Source: Lama guanicoe (Eukaryota). From it: a DNA stretch of 20,000 nt. The notes below the pieces were generated by a model. The model was not told the origin of the DNA and did not search any database. It worked only from the letters and a program-made list of their open reading frames with translations. Positions 9,972 to 19,864 of the stretch are shown in pieces. The translations under genes and the position numbers were made by a program. How positions within the stretch are numbered: the first letter of the stretch is position 1; the number at the start of each line of letters is the position of its first letter. The stretch is taken from contig MU053487.1 in NCBI GenBank assembly GCA_013239625.1, positions 3,740,186-3,760,185 of the forward strand, read 5' to 3'.

Positions 9972-10567
9972 CCTGCTGGCCATGGCTCCACAACAAGGGT
10001 GGATAGAGAGCAAGGGAAGGAGACCGATTATGGCCCCCAAACCATATTTCCCCTCCTTCCTGGACCTGGGTACCTGGGGAGCTCTTCCTGACCTGGCTGA
10101 TGCTGGGAGAGGCCCCACCAGCCATTAGGGGCAGAACTAGGCAGCTCTTGGAAAAGAGGGGAGGAAAGATTCCTTTCTGCAGGTATTTCTCTGGGAGGCA
10201 ATGCTGGGGTGGGCACAGACAGGTCTCAGGCAGGCAGACGTTAGAGGCAGCACTGCCCTCACTGCCTTGCCAGGGAGTGACTTATTTATTTGTGTAAGCG
10301 TCAGTTTACCATAATTATTCTTGTGACTCCCCCTTCTTCCTGTCCCTCCAGGTCCAGTGCCAAGGGGGGCTACTGCATTTGTCCACAGCCAGTCCTCTGG
10401 GTGGCAGCAGTGGGTACTGCTATGTGGACCCCTCAGTCTGAGAGGTGCCAAGAAGGAGGGCAGGCTGGGGCCTGGACTCACAGGCTGACTTACTAGAAGG
10501 AGGATGGACACCAACTCTCACCAGGTGACAGGCAGCACACCCACCCTCCCCCCACAAGCCTCTCTGA

Positions 10568-10640
10568 GCTCTCAAAGCAGCCCTGAGTCACTAGTGGTTT
10601 TATCTTTCTCATTTTAACACCAAGGAAACTGAGTTAGGGA
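10568..10640 (-). mobile_element. MIR core fragment
   Basis: CTCAAAGCAGCCCTGAG...TTATCTTTCTCATTTTAACACCAAGGAAACTGAG. Confidence 0.6.
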
Positions 10641-10673
10641 CAAACTTTTCTAAATCAAAACAGAAAGGCCAGT

Positions 10674-11890
10674 GCCAAAACATTACTGAAGAAAATGAAA
10701 GAGGCTGGAGGAATAACTCTCCCAGACTTCAGACAATACTACAGAGCTACAGTCATCAAGACAGCATGGTATTGGTACCAAAACAGACATATAGACCAAT
10801 GGAACAGAATAGAGAGCCCAGAAATGAACCCACAAACTTTTGGTCAACTCATCTTTGACAAAGGAGGCAAGAATATACAATGGAATAAAGACAGTCTCTT
10901 CAGCAAATGGTGTTGGGAAAACTGGACAGCTGCATGTAAAGCAATGAAGCTAGAACACTCCCTTACACCATACACAAAAATCAACTCAAAACAGATCAAA
11001 GACTTAAACATAAAGCAAGATACAATAAACCTTCTAGAAGAAAATATAGGCAAAACATTATCTGACATACATCTCAAAAATGTTCTCCTAGAACAGTATA
11101 CCCAAGCAATAGAAATAAAAGTAAGAATAAACAAATGGGACCTAATGAAACTTACAAGCTTCTGCACGGCAGAGGAAACCATAATTAAAACAAAAGACAA
11201 CCTACGGAATGGGAGAAAAATTTTGCAAATGAAACTAACAAAGGCTTGATCTCCAGAATATATAAGCAGCTCATACAGCTTAATAAGAAGAAAACAAACA
11301 ACCCAATCCCAAAATGGGCAGAAGGCCTAAACAAGCAATTATCCAAGGAAGAAATACAAATGATCAATAAGCACATGAAAAAATGTTCAATATCACTAAT
11401 TATCAGAGAAATGCAAATCAAAACTACAATGAGGTATCACCTCACACCAGTCAGAATGGCCATCATTCAAAAATCCACAAATGACAAATGTTGGAGAGGC
11501 TGTGGAGAAAAGGGAACCCTCCTATACTGCTGGTGGGAATGCAGTTTGGTGCAGCCACTGTGGAAAACAGTATGGAGATTCCTCAAAAGAATAGGAATAG
11601 ACTTACCATATGACCCTAGGCATATATCCAGAAGGAACACACTTGAAAAAGACACCTGCACCCCAGTGTTCATAGCAGCATTATTTACAATAGCCAAGAC
11701 ATGGTAGCAGCCTAAATGTCCATCAACAGATGACTGGATAAAGAAGAGGTGGTATATTTATACAATGGAATACTACTCAGCCATAAAAACCGACAACATA
11801 ATGCCATTTGCAGCAACATGGATGTTCCTGGAGAATGTCATTTTAAGTGAAGTAAGCCAGAAAGAGAAAGAAAAATACCATATGAGATCG
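10674..11890 (+). pseudogene. Disabled L1 ORF2 C-terminal region (post-RT region and cysteine-rich domain)
   Basis: Split over ORFs 10695-11249, 11246-11707 and 11765 onward by frameshifts near 11190-11245, a 14-bp deletion at about 11616 relative to the second copy, and TAG at 11705-11707 (TW*Q versus TWKQ). Confidence 0.9.
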
Positions 11891-11989
11891 NNNNNNNNNN
11901 NNNNNNNNNNNNNNNNNNNNNNNNNNNNNNNNNNNNNNNNNNNNNNNNNNNNNNNNNNNNNNNNNNNNNNNNNNNNNNNNNNNNNNNNN
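11891..11989. other. Assembly gap (99 N) inside the L1
   Basis: Run of N. Confidence 1.
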
Positions 11990-12534
11990 GGAAATATACA
12001 CAAGATCTTATGGTAGCTCACAGAGAAAAAAATGTGACAATGAATTATATATATGTTCATGTATAACTGAAAAGTGCTCTACTCTGGAATTTGACACAAC
12101 ATTGTAAAATGATTATAAATCAATAAAAAATGTTAAAAAAAAATGGAAAGGCCAGGCAAGACCCTAAGGCAGCCGTTCCTTGAAGACCTCTGCACTGTTC
12201 AGAGCACCCAATGAAAAACCCATTCAGAACTCACCCTGCAGAGTCCCAAGGGACTTTGGAAAATAGACTCCAGGGAAAGTGTCCACCCAGACGCTGGCGG
12301 GGCTGGGTCCCAGGATACAGGCTCACACACAGAGCTCTTTCTCTGGCAGCATCTGAATGATTTCCTAACAATCAAGGAAGGCAACAACCATCTTTAAGGA
12401 ATGAGATTGGGGATTCTTTGGAGGAATAGGACTACTTTTTGGTCATCTTTGTACTCACATCCCAACCCTTCAAAATCTAACCAATAAATATTTCATTTAA
12501 TATTATTTCATTTCATTCAATAAATACTTAATAC

Positions 12535-12720
12535 AAAGTAATAATAATAATACTAATTGAGTCATATTTCATTTCAAGATCATAACCACCTCATGAAGTA
12601 AGTAGGGCCATTATCATCTCCATTTTTTAAGTGATTAGAGCCTCAGAGAGACTGAGGACTGGGTCCAAGGTCAACCTGCTGCTATTGGGTAGCATGCATG
12701 TGAGACCCATCCAAGTAGCC
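12535..12720 (-). mobile_element. MIR SINE
   Basis: TCATAACCACCTCATGAAGTAAGTAGGGCCATTATCATCTCCATTTTTTAAGTGATTAGAGCCTCAGAGAG...TCCAAGGTCA. Confidence 0.7.
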
Positions 12721-12956
12721 TCCATTGCCTGCCATGTTTTCAGCCCAGAGAGAGTAAAAGAGTCCTGGCAGTGAGGGTGGTACAGGGCTGGGAGCCAACT
12801 GCATTCACAGACCCAGTGGCACCCTTTCTAGCTCACCCCACTCAAATTTATCTATTTCTGGTCATTTTAAATCCAATTTAAATTCCATTATTTCATTCTG
12901 GGAATGGAATACATAGGAAATGTTGTGTCACCCTTTAAGGCTGATGACAGAACCAT

Positions 12957-13477
12957 TGTTATCAGTTAGAAATTCCCAGTAATCACTTGAAACAGACTCA
13001 CTAAAGATTGGCTTAAAGAATTGGAATCTCTTTTTCTGTTACATACGTAATGTGCAAAAGAAGGTGGTTCAGAGATAGTGCAGCAGAGCCATGATTCCCT
13101 CAGGTCTCACACTCTTTCCATCTTTCTGCTCTGCCATCCTGAGGCTGTGGCTTCCATTCTTTAGTGTGCCTCATGGTCACATTATGGCTATTGGAGCCCA
13201 ACCATCACATCTGTGTTCCAGGTGTGAAGAAGGAGGAGGTGGTAAAAAATAAAAAGGCATATATCAACTGATTTAGCCCCCTCTTTTAAGGAGCTTTTCT
13301 AGAAGCCTCATCCAGCAATGCCCACTATAACTCATTGGCTAGAATTTAGATAAAGTCTACCCCTAGCTTCAAGGGAGAATTAAAACCGTATTTTTTTAAG
13401 GTGGGCTGACAAAATCGCATTTTTTACTAAGGAAAGGAGACTGGATATTGGGTGGGACCCTCATCACCTCTGCCACA
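12957..13477 (-). mobile_element. MaLR solo LTR, MLT1J/MLT1K-like
   Basis: TG...ATCAGTTAG start; TCTTTCCATCTTTCTGCTCTGCCATCCT, CCTCATGGTCACATTATGGCT, CATCACATCTGTGTTCCAGG, CTCATTGGCTAGAA, CCCTAGCTTCAAGGGAG; ends TCTGCCACA. Confidence 0.8.
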
Positions 13478-13564
13478 GCTTTACTTTGTCTTGGCTACTT
13501 TGGTCCTGGTAGTTAAGGACAGTCCTGGGGAGCACTTTCATAGAGACTAAGCTGTGAGTGGCCT

Positions 13565-13772
13565 GGTCATCAGAAACCTGGGGTGAGTCTGGCCTTGCTC
13601 TAAACTCTTCCCATTAGCAGCCTCAGTAGCACAGCCTGTCAGTCAGTGGGCTGGCCTCAGGGCGGATATCTTGTATATCTCAGGATAATAAATATCTTTG
13701 ACTTAACTATGTCCCATGGCTGCTATGAGCCTCAGGGATGCTAGTACACATGACAGCAATTTATAAACTATG
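13565..13772 (+). mobile_element. Degenerate MIR SINE
   Basis: CAGAAACCTGGGGTGAGTCTGGCCTTGC...GGCCTCAG...GGATAATAA...CCCATGGCTGCTATGAG...TTTATAAACTATGA. Confidence 0.5.
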
Positions 13773-13782
13773 ATATCCAGGG

Positions 13783-13938
13783 CGTCACTACTAAAATGGG
13801 GCCCACAAACCAACAGCATTGGCATCACAGCTGGGAACTTGCTAGAAATGAAAATTCTCAGTCCCACCACAGCCCTACTGAACCAGAATCTGCATTGTAA
13901 CCTGGTTGCAGGTGTACGTTAAAGTTTAAGAAGCACTT
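13783..13938. mobile_element. MER5A/MER5A1-like hAT MITE
   Basis: CAGCATTGGCATCACAGCTGGGAACTTGCTAGAAATGAAAATTCTCAGTCCCACC...CTACTGAACCAGAATCTGCATT...AAAGTTTAAGAAGCACT. Confidence 0.85.
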
Positions 13939-14254
13939 TCTTCTAGAGCTGTGGGCCTGAATCATAAAAGAGGTCAGGTGACAGGAGACGGGTAAACTGG
14001 CCTGAGACACTTCCTCTAGCCTGATGAAGTATCTTGGGAAAGTCATGCTCCACCTCTGTGCTGTCTACCCCCCTGTTAGAGGAGGATATGTCCTAGACCC
14101 TTGCTCCACAAAGTGTGGTCTTGGATCAACAGTATCAGCATCAGCATCACCCTGGTAGAAATGCAGAATATCAGCTACCCCCTCCTCCACCGAGTGACTG
14201 AATAAGAACCTGCATTTTGGCAACCTCCCCAGGTGATGCATCTATGTATTACAG

Positions 14255-14934
14255 GTTTTTTTTTGGTTTTTTTTTTTACATTTTTTATTGATTCATAATC
14301 ATTTTACAGTGTTGTGTCAAATTCCAGTGTTCAGCATGTTCAGCACAATTTTTCAGTCATTCATGGACATATACACACTCATTGTCACATTTTTTTCTCT
14401 GTGATTTATCATAACATTTTGTGTATATTTCCCTGTGCTATACAGTGTAATCTTGTTTATCTATTCTACAATTTTGAAATCCCAGTCTATCCCTTCCCAC
14501 CCTCTACCCCCCTGGTAACCACAAGTCTGTATTCTCTGTCCATGAGTCTATTTCTGTCCTGTATTTATGCTTTGTTTTTGTTTGTTTTTGTTTTTTAGAT
14601 TCCACATATGAGTGATCTCATATGGTATTTTTCTTTCTCTTTCTGGCTTACTTCACTTAGAATGACATTCTCTAGGATCATCCATGTTGCTGCAAATGGC
14701 ATTATGTTGTCGGTTTTTATGGCTGAGTAGTATTCCATTGTATAAATATACCACATCTTCTTTATCCAGTCACCTGTTGATGGACATTTAGGTTGTTTCC
14801 ATGTTTTGGCTATTGTAAATAGTGCTGCTATGAACATTGGGGTGCAGGTGTCATCCTGAAGTAGATTTCCTTCTGGGTACAAGCCCAGGAGTGGGATTCC
14901 TGGGTCATATGGTAAGTCTATTCCTAGTCTTTTG
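14255..14934 (-). mobile_element. 5'-truncated LINE-1 (young): end of ORF2, 3' UTR and poly(A)
   Basis: ORF 14595-14882(-) [25 protein letters not shown]...MEYYSAIK...MRSLICGI* is the L1 ORF2p C-terminus. Poly-T at 14256-14277; TTTATT at 14284-14289. TSD GTATTACAG at 14246-14254 and 14935-14943. Confidence 0.97.
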
Positions 14935-14950
14935 GTATTACAGTTTAAGA

Positions 14951-15170
14951 GATTTGCAGATACTAACTATTATATATAAAACAGATAAACAACAAGGTCC
15001 TACTGTATAGCACATGGAACTACATTCAATGTTTTGTAATGACCTATAATGAAAAAGAATATGAAAATGAATATATGTATGTATATGTATGACTAAAACA
15101 TACTGTATACCAGAAATTGATACAATATTGTAAACTGACTATACTTCTATAAGACTAAATTTTTAAAAAT
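14951..15170 (+). mobile_element. Short 3' end of an older artiodactyl-type L1
   Basis: GATTTGCAGATACTAACTATTATATATAAAACAGATAAACAACAAGGTCCTACTGTATAGCACA...GAAAAAGAATATGAAAA...TTGTAAACTGACTATACTTC plus a decayed A-rich tail. Confidence 0.85.
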
Positions 15171-16582
15171 AACATTTGAGAAACCCTGAACTAGATGTTC
15201 TGTGTGCTCTGAAGTGAGAAATCAAAGTAATCTAGGCAACTGGTCCTAGGGTCTCAGACCACGATGTGGATGATGGAAGACCACTGATTCCTGGAGCCTC
15301 CTGGGTTGAGCTGAGTGGAGATAAACTCCATTTGAAAGCTCAGTGACTGGCAGACCACAGGATAGCGAGCCACATGGTTGGTACTGTGGGTACCTAGACT
15401 AGGTCTGGAGCAAGGGTCAATCAGGCTTGGGGGGTTCCTCATCAGGCATTCCTCCTCTGGAGCCCGAAGCAGCAGCTACAGGCAGCGCTTTGGGGATGGC
15501 TCTGGACCACGCCTCCCTCCTCCCCTTCTCTCTCTCCAGGGCAGAGGTGGGCACACCTGAGTTGCACAGGTGAGCAGTGAGGACACCATGGAGTCATTGC
15601 TGCCGGTTTTCATCAGGAGAAGGAGGCGAAGCCTACCTCACCAGCCTTCTTGCCACTGAGCACTTTGTTATTTTAAAAAATCCTTTAAGACTGTTTGATG
15701 TTTTGGACAAAATAAAGCTGTACTCCCACTCCAATTGAGCTTATAATGGAGTCTAATTTTATAAAGAAGCCAATTAATGGCTTTGTAAATATAAAAGAAA
15801 GGATCCCTGCCTTTCTCTTGACCAAAAGGCCCAGAAGTTAGTCCTGTAAAAATGTCAAATCTTGCTTTAAAGAATGGCAGGAGTTCTCCGGGGAGAATAA
15901 CAGGAAATGACTCACAGAGGGTGCCCTGAGGCCACTCAGCTGTACAAAGGGGCCCCCTGCGCAGTAATGCGAGGCTGCGGGCCCACTGCGGGGAGGAAAG
16001 TGCCCCGCCCACGGCAGAGGGAGCTGTCTTCTCCAGGCTGGGTCTCTCTGAGGGCCCAGAGATGCTGGCACGCTGGCTCGCAGAGACAGAACATCACAGT
16101 GAGGCTGAGGGCCTGACAGAGTCAGGATTTGGCGCCTTGAGAAAAACTTACCTTGAAATAATGCCAATTTAACCACACAAAACTGCCAGTCCAGGGACTG
16201 TTATCCGTACTGGACTCTCTGGCTCTCACCCTGGTCCCATTTGATGAGCAGATGGAGACCGGGAAGATGCCTTCCTGGTTTCTTGTCAACTAACGCAGGC
16301 CTGAATCTTCTATTCTGCCATCTAGCTCCCTATTTGCCTCCCTTACACTTTCTTTCTCCCTCTACCCACCTTGTCCCCCAGGCCCTATCCCCTCCACAAT
16401 CCCCAGTCTTGTCCTGTCCAAGCCCACACTAAGGACAGCTGCTCAACCACAGATGCCCAGATCTTCAGGTGACGGATGGGCTAGAAGATATTCAGATGGA
16501 ACCCATCAGTACAACCACACCATGGTTCAGATATTGAATTTTTTTCCATGCTGGTTGTGAAGTGATTGCTGCCTTGAGCCCC

Positions 16583-17626
16583 TGTACTAGCCAGAGAGCA
16601 GAATTTACCTCAGATGATTCAGGAAACAGGAACGCAGGACAGAAGTGTGGATGAGTTGCTTTTAGTTATCTATTGCTGTGTAACAAATTACCCAACATTT
16701 TGCAGCTTAAACCAATACACATTTATGATTTCACATAGTTTCTTAGGGATGAGAATCTGGAAGTACCCTAGCTGGATTCTTCTGACTCAAGTCTCTCAAG
16801 AGGTTTCAACCAAGCTGTTCATAGGGGAGCAGTCATCTCAAGACTTGGCTGGGGATGCAGGGGCCATTTCCAAGCCCATGCAGGGGACTGTTGGCAAGCT
16901 GCAGTTCCTTCTTGCTGGCTATTAGTGAGAGACGTCAGTTTTTCACTAGGATGGGCTTTTCGGTAGGGCTGCTCATGACCTGGCAGCCTGCCTCCCCAAG
17001 AATGAATGACCCAAAAGAGACCTAGAGGGGACCCAAGACAAGATCTGTCATCTTTTGTAACCTCACCCCCAAAGTGACATACCACCACTTCTGCCGCATG
17101 CTATAGTGGGAACAAATCCACAAAACAAACCTGGTACAAGATGGAAGAGGACTACTCAGGGGATGAATACCTGAAGGCAAAGATCACTGGAGCCATCCTG
17201 GTGTCTGGCTCTCACAGGCGTTAAGGATCTCGAAGCACTCAGGGCTCAGCCATGGCAGGAAGCATTTCCATTCCTATACCTGAAAAGGGAAGGGAATCTA
17301 CTGTTACTAGAGCCTAGGGAGGGCTAGACCCACTGAGAAGAGGAGTGTACAGTAGGAGCTATCACATTCGAGAAACATAGCCACTGCTAGATGTACAGCT
17401 CTAAGCAAGCAGGAAGCAGGGAAAAATACCCTGGCTGCTTCCTCTTTCTTCTCTTCAATCTCATCTTGGTGCCTCCCATTGGGTGAACCCAAGTGGAAGT
17501 CAGGGGACAAGTGAGTCTGACTGATGCAGCCTGAAGGGCTCTGTCTGCTTGGACACTGATCAAGGAGAAGAAAGGCAGAGAATGGATCTTAGGTGGGCAT
17601 GTGGATAAATGGATTCTAACCAGCAC
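16583..17626 (-). mobile_element. LTR33-like ERVL LTR (pieces 16583-16656 and 17217-17626) interrupted by an MLT1F-like LTR
   Basis: The right piece has LTR33-type motifs: GCCTCCCATTGGGTGAACCCAAGTGGAAGTCAGGGGACAAG...TGATGCAGCC...GGCAGAGAATGGATCT...AACCAGCAC. The left piece TGTACTAGCCAG...ACAGAAGTGTGG joins naturally to GTTAAGGA after the insertion. Confidence 0.65.
16657..17216 (-). mobile_element. MaLR solo LTR, MLT1F-like
   Basis: TTAGTTATCTATTGCTGTGTAACAAATTACCC...GCTTAAAC...CAGTCATCTCAAGACTTGGCTGGGG...AAGTGACATACCACCACTTCTGCC...GGAGCCATCCTGGTGTCTGGCTCTCACA; about 560 bp with TG...CA ends. Confidence 0.88.
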
Positions 17627-18924
17627 CCTCAAATGATCTCTGGCTGCCCAAGCTGCCCTGGCTACTCCCCTGGGACCCCCACACCCACCATATGTCTTGT
17701 GAACCAATAACTATAAAGAGCCACACTGGCCATCCCTCTCATCCTCCCCCATACTACCTCCACTGTGGCCACTCCCAAGGACCCTCTCAGTGACAAACAT
17801 TCAGTTTGATCAATGCCCAAGTCTTACCAGTTCAATACTTTGAACACCATCTCCAGCCAAAATAGACAGCAAAAGAATTAATCTTAACCAATGTGGAGAA
17901 TGACGGCCCATGGGAAGTTAAATAAGGGAGTTCTGTCTGGAAAGGGGAGAACCTCTGGTTCACATACTGTTCCACATTTTTAAAGCAGCCTCAACCAGCA
18001 GCAGAATCAAGCTCTTCTGTCCATGGGGAAAGACTGCCCTGTCTCAAAAGAGCTCCATTATTGGATTTGAAATAACTCTCTCAGGGCCACCAGAATTTTA
18101 TCTGTGATTTGTCATGCTGTGTAGGGCTCCAGTGGCAAGACAGGGGCAGGGTCCAGTTCTGGGGGCAGCAGATAGAGCTCGTGTTCCCAGACACAGCCTC
18201 TTCCACCCCGTGTTTAAGCTGTTCCCTGCGTAGTGACAAGATATACAGGTTTGGAGAGAAGGCAGGGATCTTCTAAGTTATCCTGGCATGAAGTTAAGCA
18301 GAGAGGCTTCCTGAGGTCGAGTCCAGAGCTGCTTTGAGAAGGGGACAAGAAGCAGGGGGCATTCTAGCAGAAAGGATTGGATGGAAGAAGATGTTGGGGC
18401 AGAAACCACCAGGATTCTGCAATGATCAGCCTGAGGGCTGGCAGGGCCTGAATGAGAAGTAGTGAGTGGGTGGGTCCATTAGAGGTAAATTGTCCATCGT
18501 GACTACATGAGAAGACCCAGGAACCTTCACTCTTCCTCTCCCTGGGGCCTGCCGGAGTCACTTGGCCCATGCCAAAGACAGCCGTGCTACATCTAGGGCC
18601 AGCTGATGAAGGTCTGCAGCAATGGATGGAGTTGGATGCCATACAGGAAGGGTGGCCAGGTCGCTGTAACCTGGACTGCGCTTTGCAAAATTCTTGGCAC
18701 GTCAGTTCTAATGTGTTCACCCTCTAAACAAACAGAAACCCAGGCAGAATTTCTCTCTTTTCCAACACCTGCTTTTTTTTTTGGCATTTCTGCCTCTGAC
18801 CATCCCCTTACAGGTCTCCTCCAATTACTGTTCTTGCTCTGTTCACCTAGAGATGAAGGGCTGTGAATAAGTTAAGCCCTTGCCTCAGAACCTTTGAGGC
18901 AGCCTTTCCTTTTCATTCATGCCA

Positions 18925-18998
18925 AAGTTAGGCCTGTAGAGGGGCTGGGCCTTGCTCAAGGTCACAAAGCAAGTTGGTGGCAAAGCAGAGCTCAGGCT
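18925..18998 (-). mobile_element. MIR fragment
   Basis: CTTGCTCAAGGTCACAAAGCAAGTTGGTGGCAAAGCAGAGCTCAG. Confidence 0.6.
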
Positions 18999-19524
18999 CC
19001 CTCTGCACGGTGAGGACAGGCAGGGAGGTTTTCTCAGCATCTTGTAGAGGGAGCGGGAAAGCAGCTGCAGGCCCCAGTGGCTCTGAGAAAAGGCTGCTGT
19101 GGGCTCAGCAGAGCATTCTTAAGTGTAATTGACTTTAAGGCATTAAACTTTTACCAGAATGAGCTCACGAAGTCTTCAGGGAGAAGGAAAGTGCCTGGCA
19201 TTTCCTGCCTCTCGGGGCAGCATCTGGGGTACAGAGAGCCCATCCTCCAGGCGGCAGGATGGAGCCTTCGCCTGGGAAGGAGAAGAGGGGTGAGGCCCCG
19301 GGAGAGCCTGCAGACTAAGTGTTCGGTGGCCAACTGGTCCTCACTAATTCTGGGCGGTGGGAGACAGGGATTAAGACCACCCACTCAACAGCCCTCCAGC
19401 AGCGATGTCTGTGCAGGGGTGGGGAGAAGAGACAGAGAACTCAGTCCCTGCTCGCAGGGAGAGCTCCTGTACCCTGACCATGTTCACTCACCTTTTTGTC
19501 CCTAAATCTGTCCAACCATCAATC

Positions 19525-19615
19525 ATGAACCTGATTTAAATCCCTACCAATCTCTGGACATCAGTTTTCTTATCTGTATAATGGACAAGATGATGTCTTG
19601 AAATTTTTTGAGCTT
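19525..19615 (+). mobile_element. MIR/MIR3 fragment
   Basis: AACCTGATTTAAATCCC...TCTCTGGACATCAGTTTTCTTATCTGTATAATGG. Confidence 0.65.
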
Positions 19616-19864
19616 CTCTTTCCCTAATGAGGGAGTTATACCAATTCTTATCCCAGGATTTCTTTCCAAATATTGTGGCAGCAATTCCTCACCCCCAGGC
19701 AGGGGATCACCTTGGTTTGATGTATCTGCCAGGTAGACGGGTGGGTGTCAAAGCTTAGAAGCCATCCCTAGAACAACAGCAGCCTCTCCCTTCAGACTTC
19801 AGTGCTAAAATAAGAGATCCAGAGGCTTACTGAGACTTCCATTTAGATTAAAAAACTCAAGGGC

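Larger units (their letters stand above)
10673..12139 (+). mobile_element. 5'-truncated LINE-1 (young, lineage-specific): ORF2 C-terminus plus 3' UTR
   Basis: Translations [23 protein letters not shown]...[22 protein letters not shown]...[19 protein letters not shown] and MEYYSAIK...FAATW...ILSEVSQ are classic L1 ORF2p. AATAAA at 12122-12127, then an A-tail. 16-bp TSD AAAACAGAAAGGCCAG (10657-10672) / AAAATGGAAAGGCCAG (12140-12155). Confidence 0.97.
14099..15188. mobile_element. MER5A/MER5A1-like hAT MITE split by two L1 insertions (pieces 14099-14254, about 14935-14950, about 15171-15188)
   Basis: Left TIR-like CCTTGCTCCACAAAGTGTGGTC. Body CAGCATCAGCATCACC...TAGAAATGCAGAAT...CTGCATTTT...CCCCAGGTGAT. 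Right TIR TTTGAGAAACCCTG at about 15175-15188. 8-bp hAT-type TSD TCCTAGAC (14091-14098) / AACTAGAT (15189-15196). Confidence 0.75.

Noticed and set aside
9395..9991. Longest ORF (198 aa, minus strand)
   Set aside because: The THTHTH run comes from the (TG)n microsatellite, the ORF crosses a MIR3-like fragment, and it has no recognisable domain; most likely a chance ORF.
10318..10530. Acceptor-like CCCCCTTCTTCCTGTCCCTCCAG at 10350 as the start of an exon
   Set aside because: No recognisable coding frame or strong paired donor; cannot be supported without transcript data.
10683..11697. Antisense hydrophobic ORFs (10683-10880, 10844-11200, 11185-11421, 11467-11697)
   Set aside because: These are the usual antisense shadows of A-rich L1 ORF2.
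10695..11707. Active reverse transcriptase or domesticated L1-derived gene
   Set aside because: 5'-truncated with no endonuclease or RT core; frameshifts, a deletion and a premature stop are present.
14255..15170. Single 5'-inverted (twin-primed) L1
   Set aside because: Both pieces are 3' ends with their own tails and differ in subfamily-type sequence, and the minus copy has its own TSD.
19077..19505. 142-aa ORF and other short ORFs in GC-rich unique sequence
   Set aside because: Starts at GTG, has no recognisable homology, and has composition typical of random GC-rich frames.
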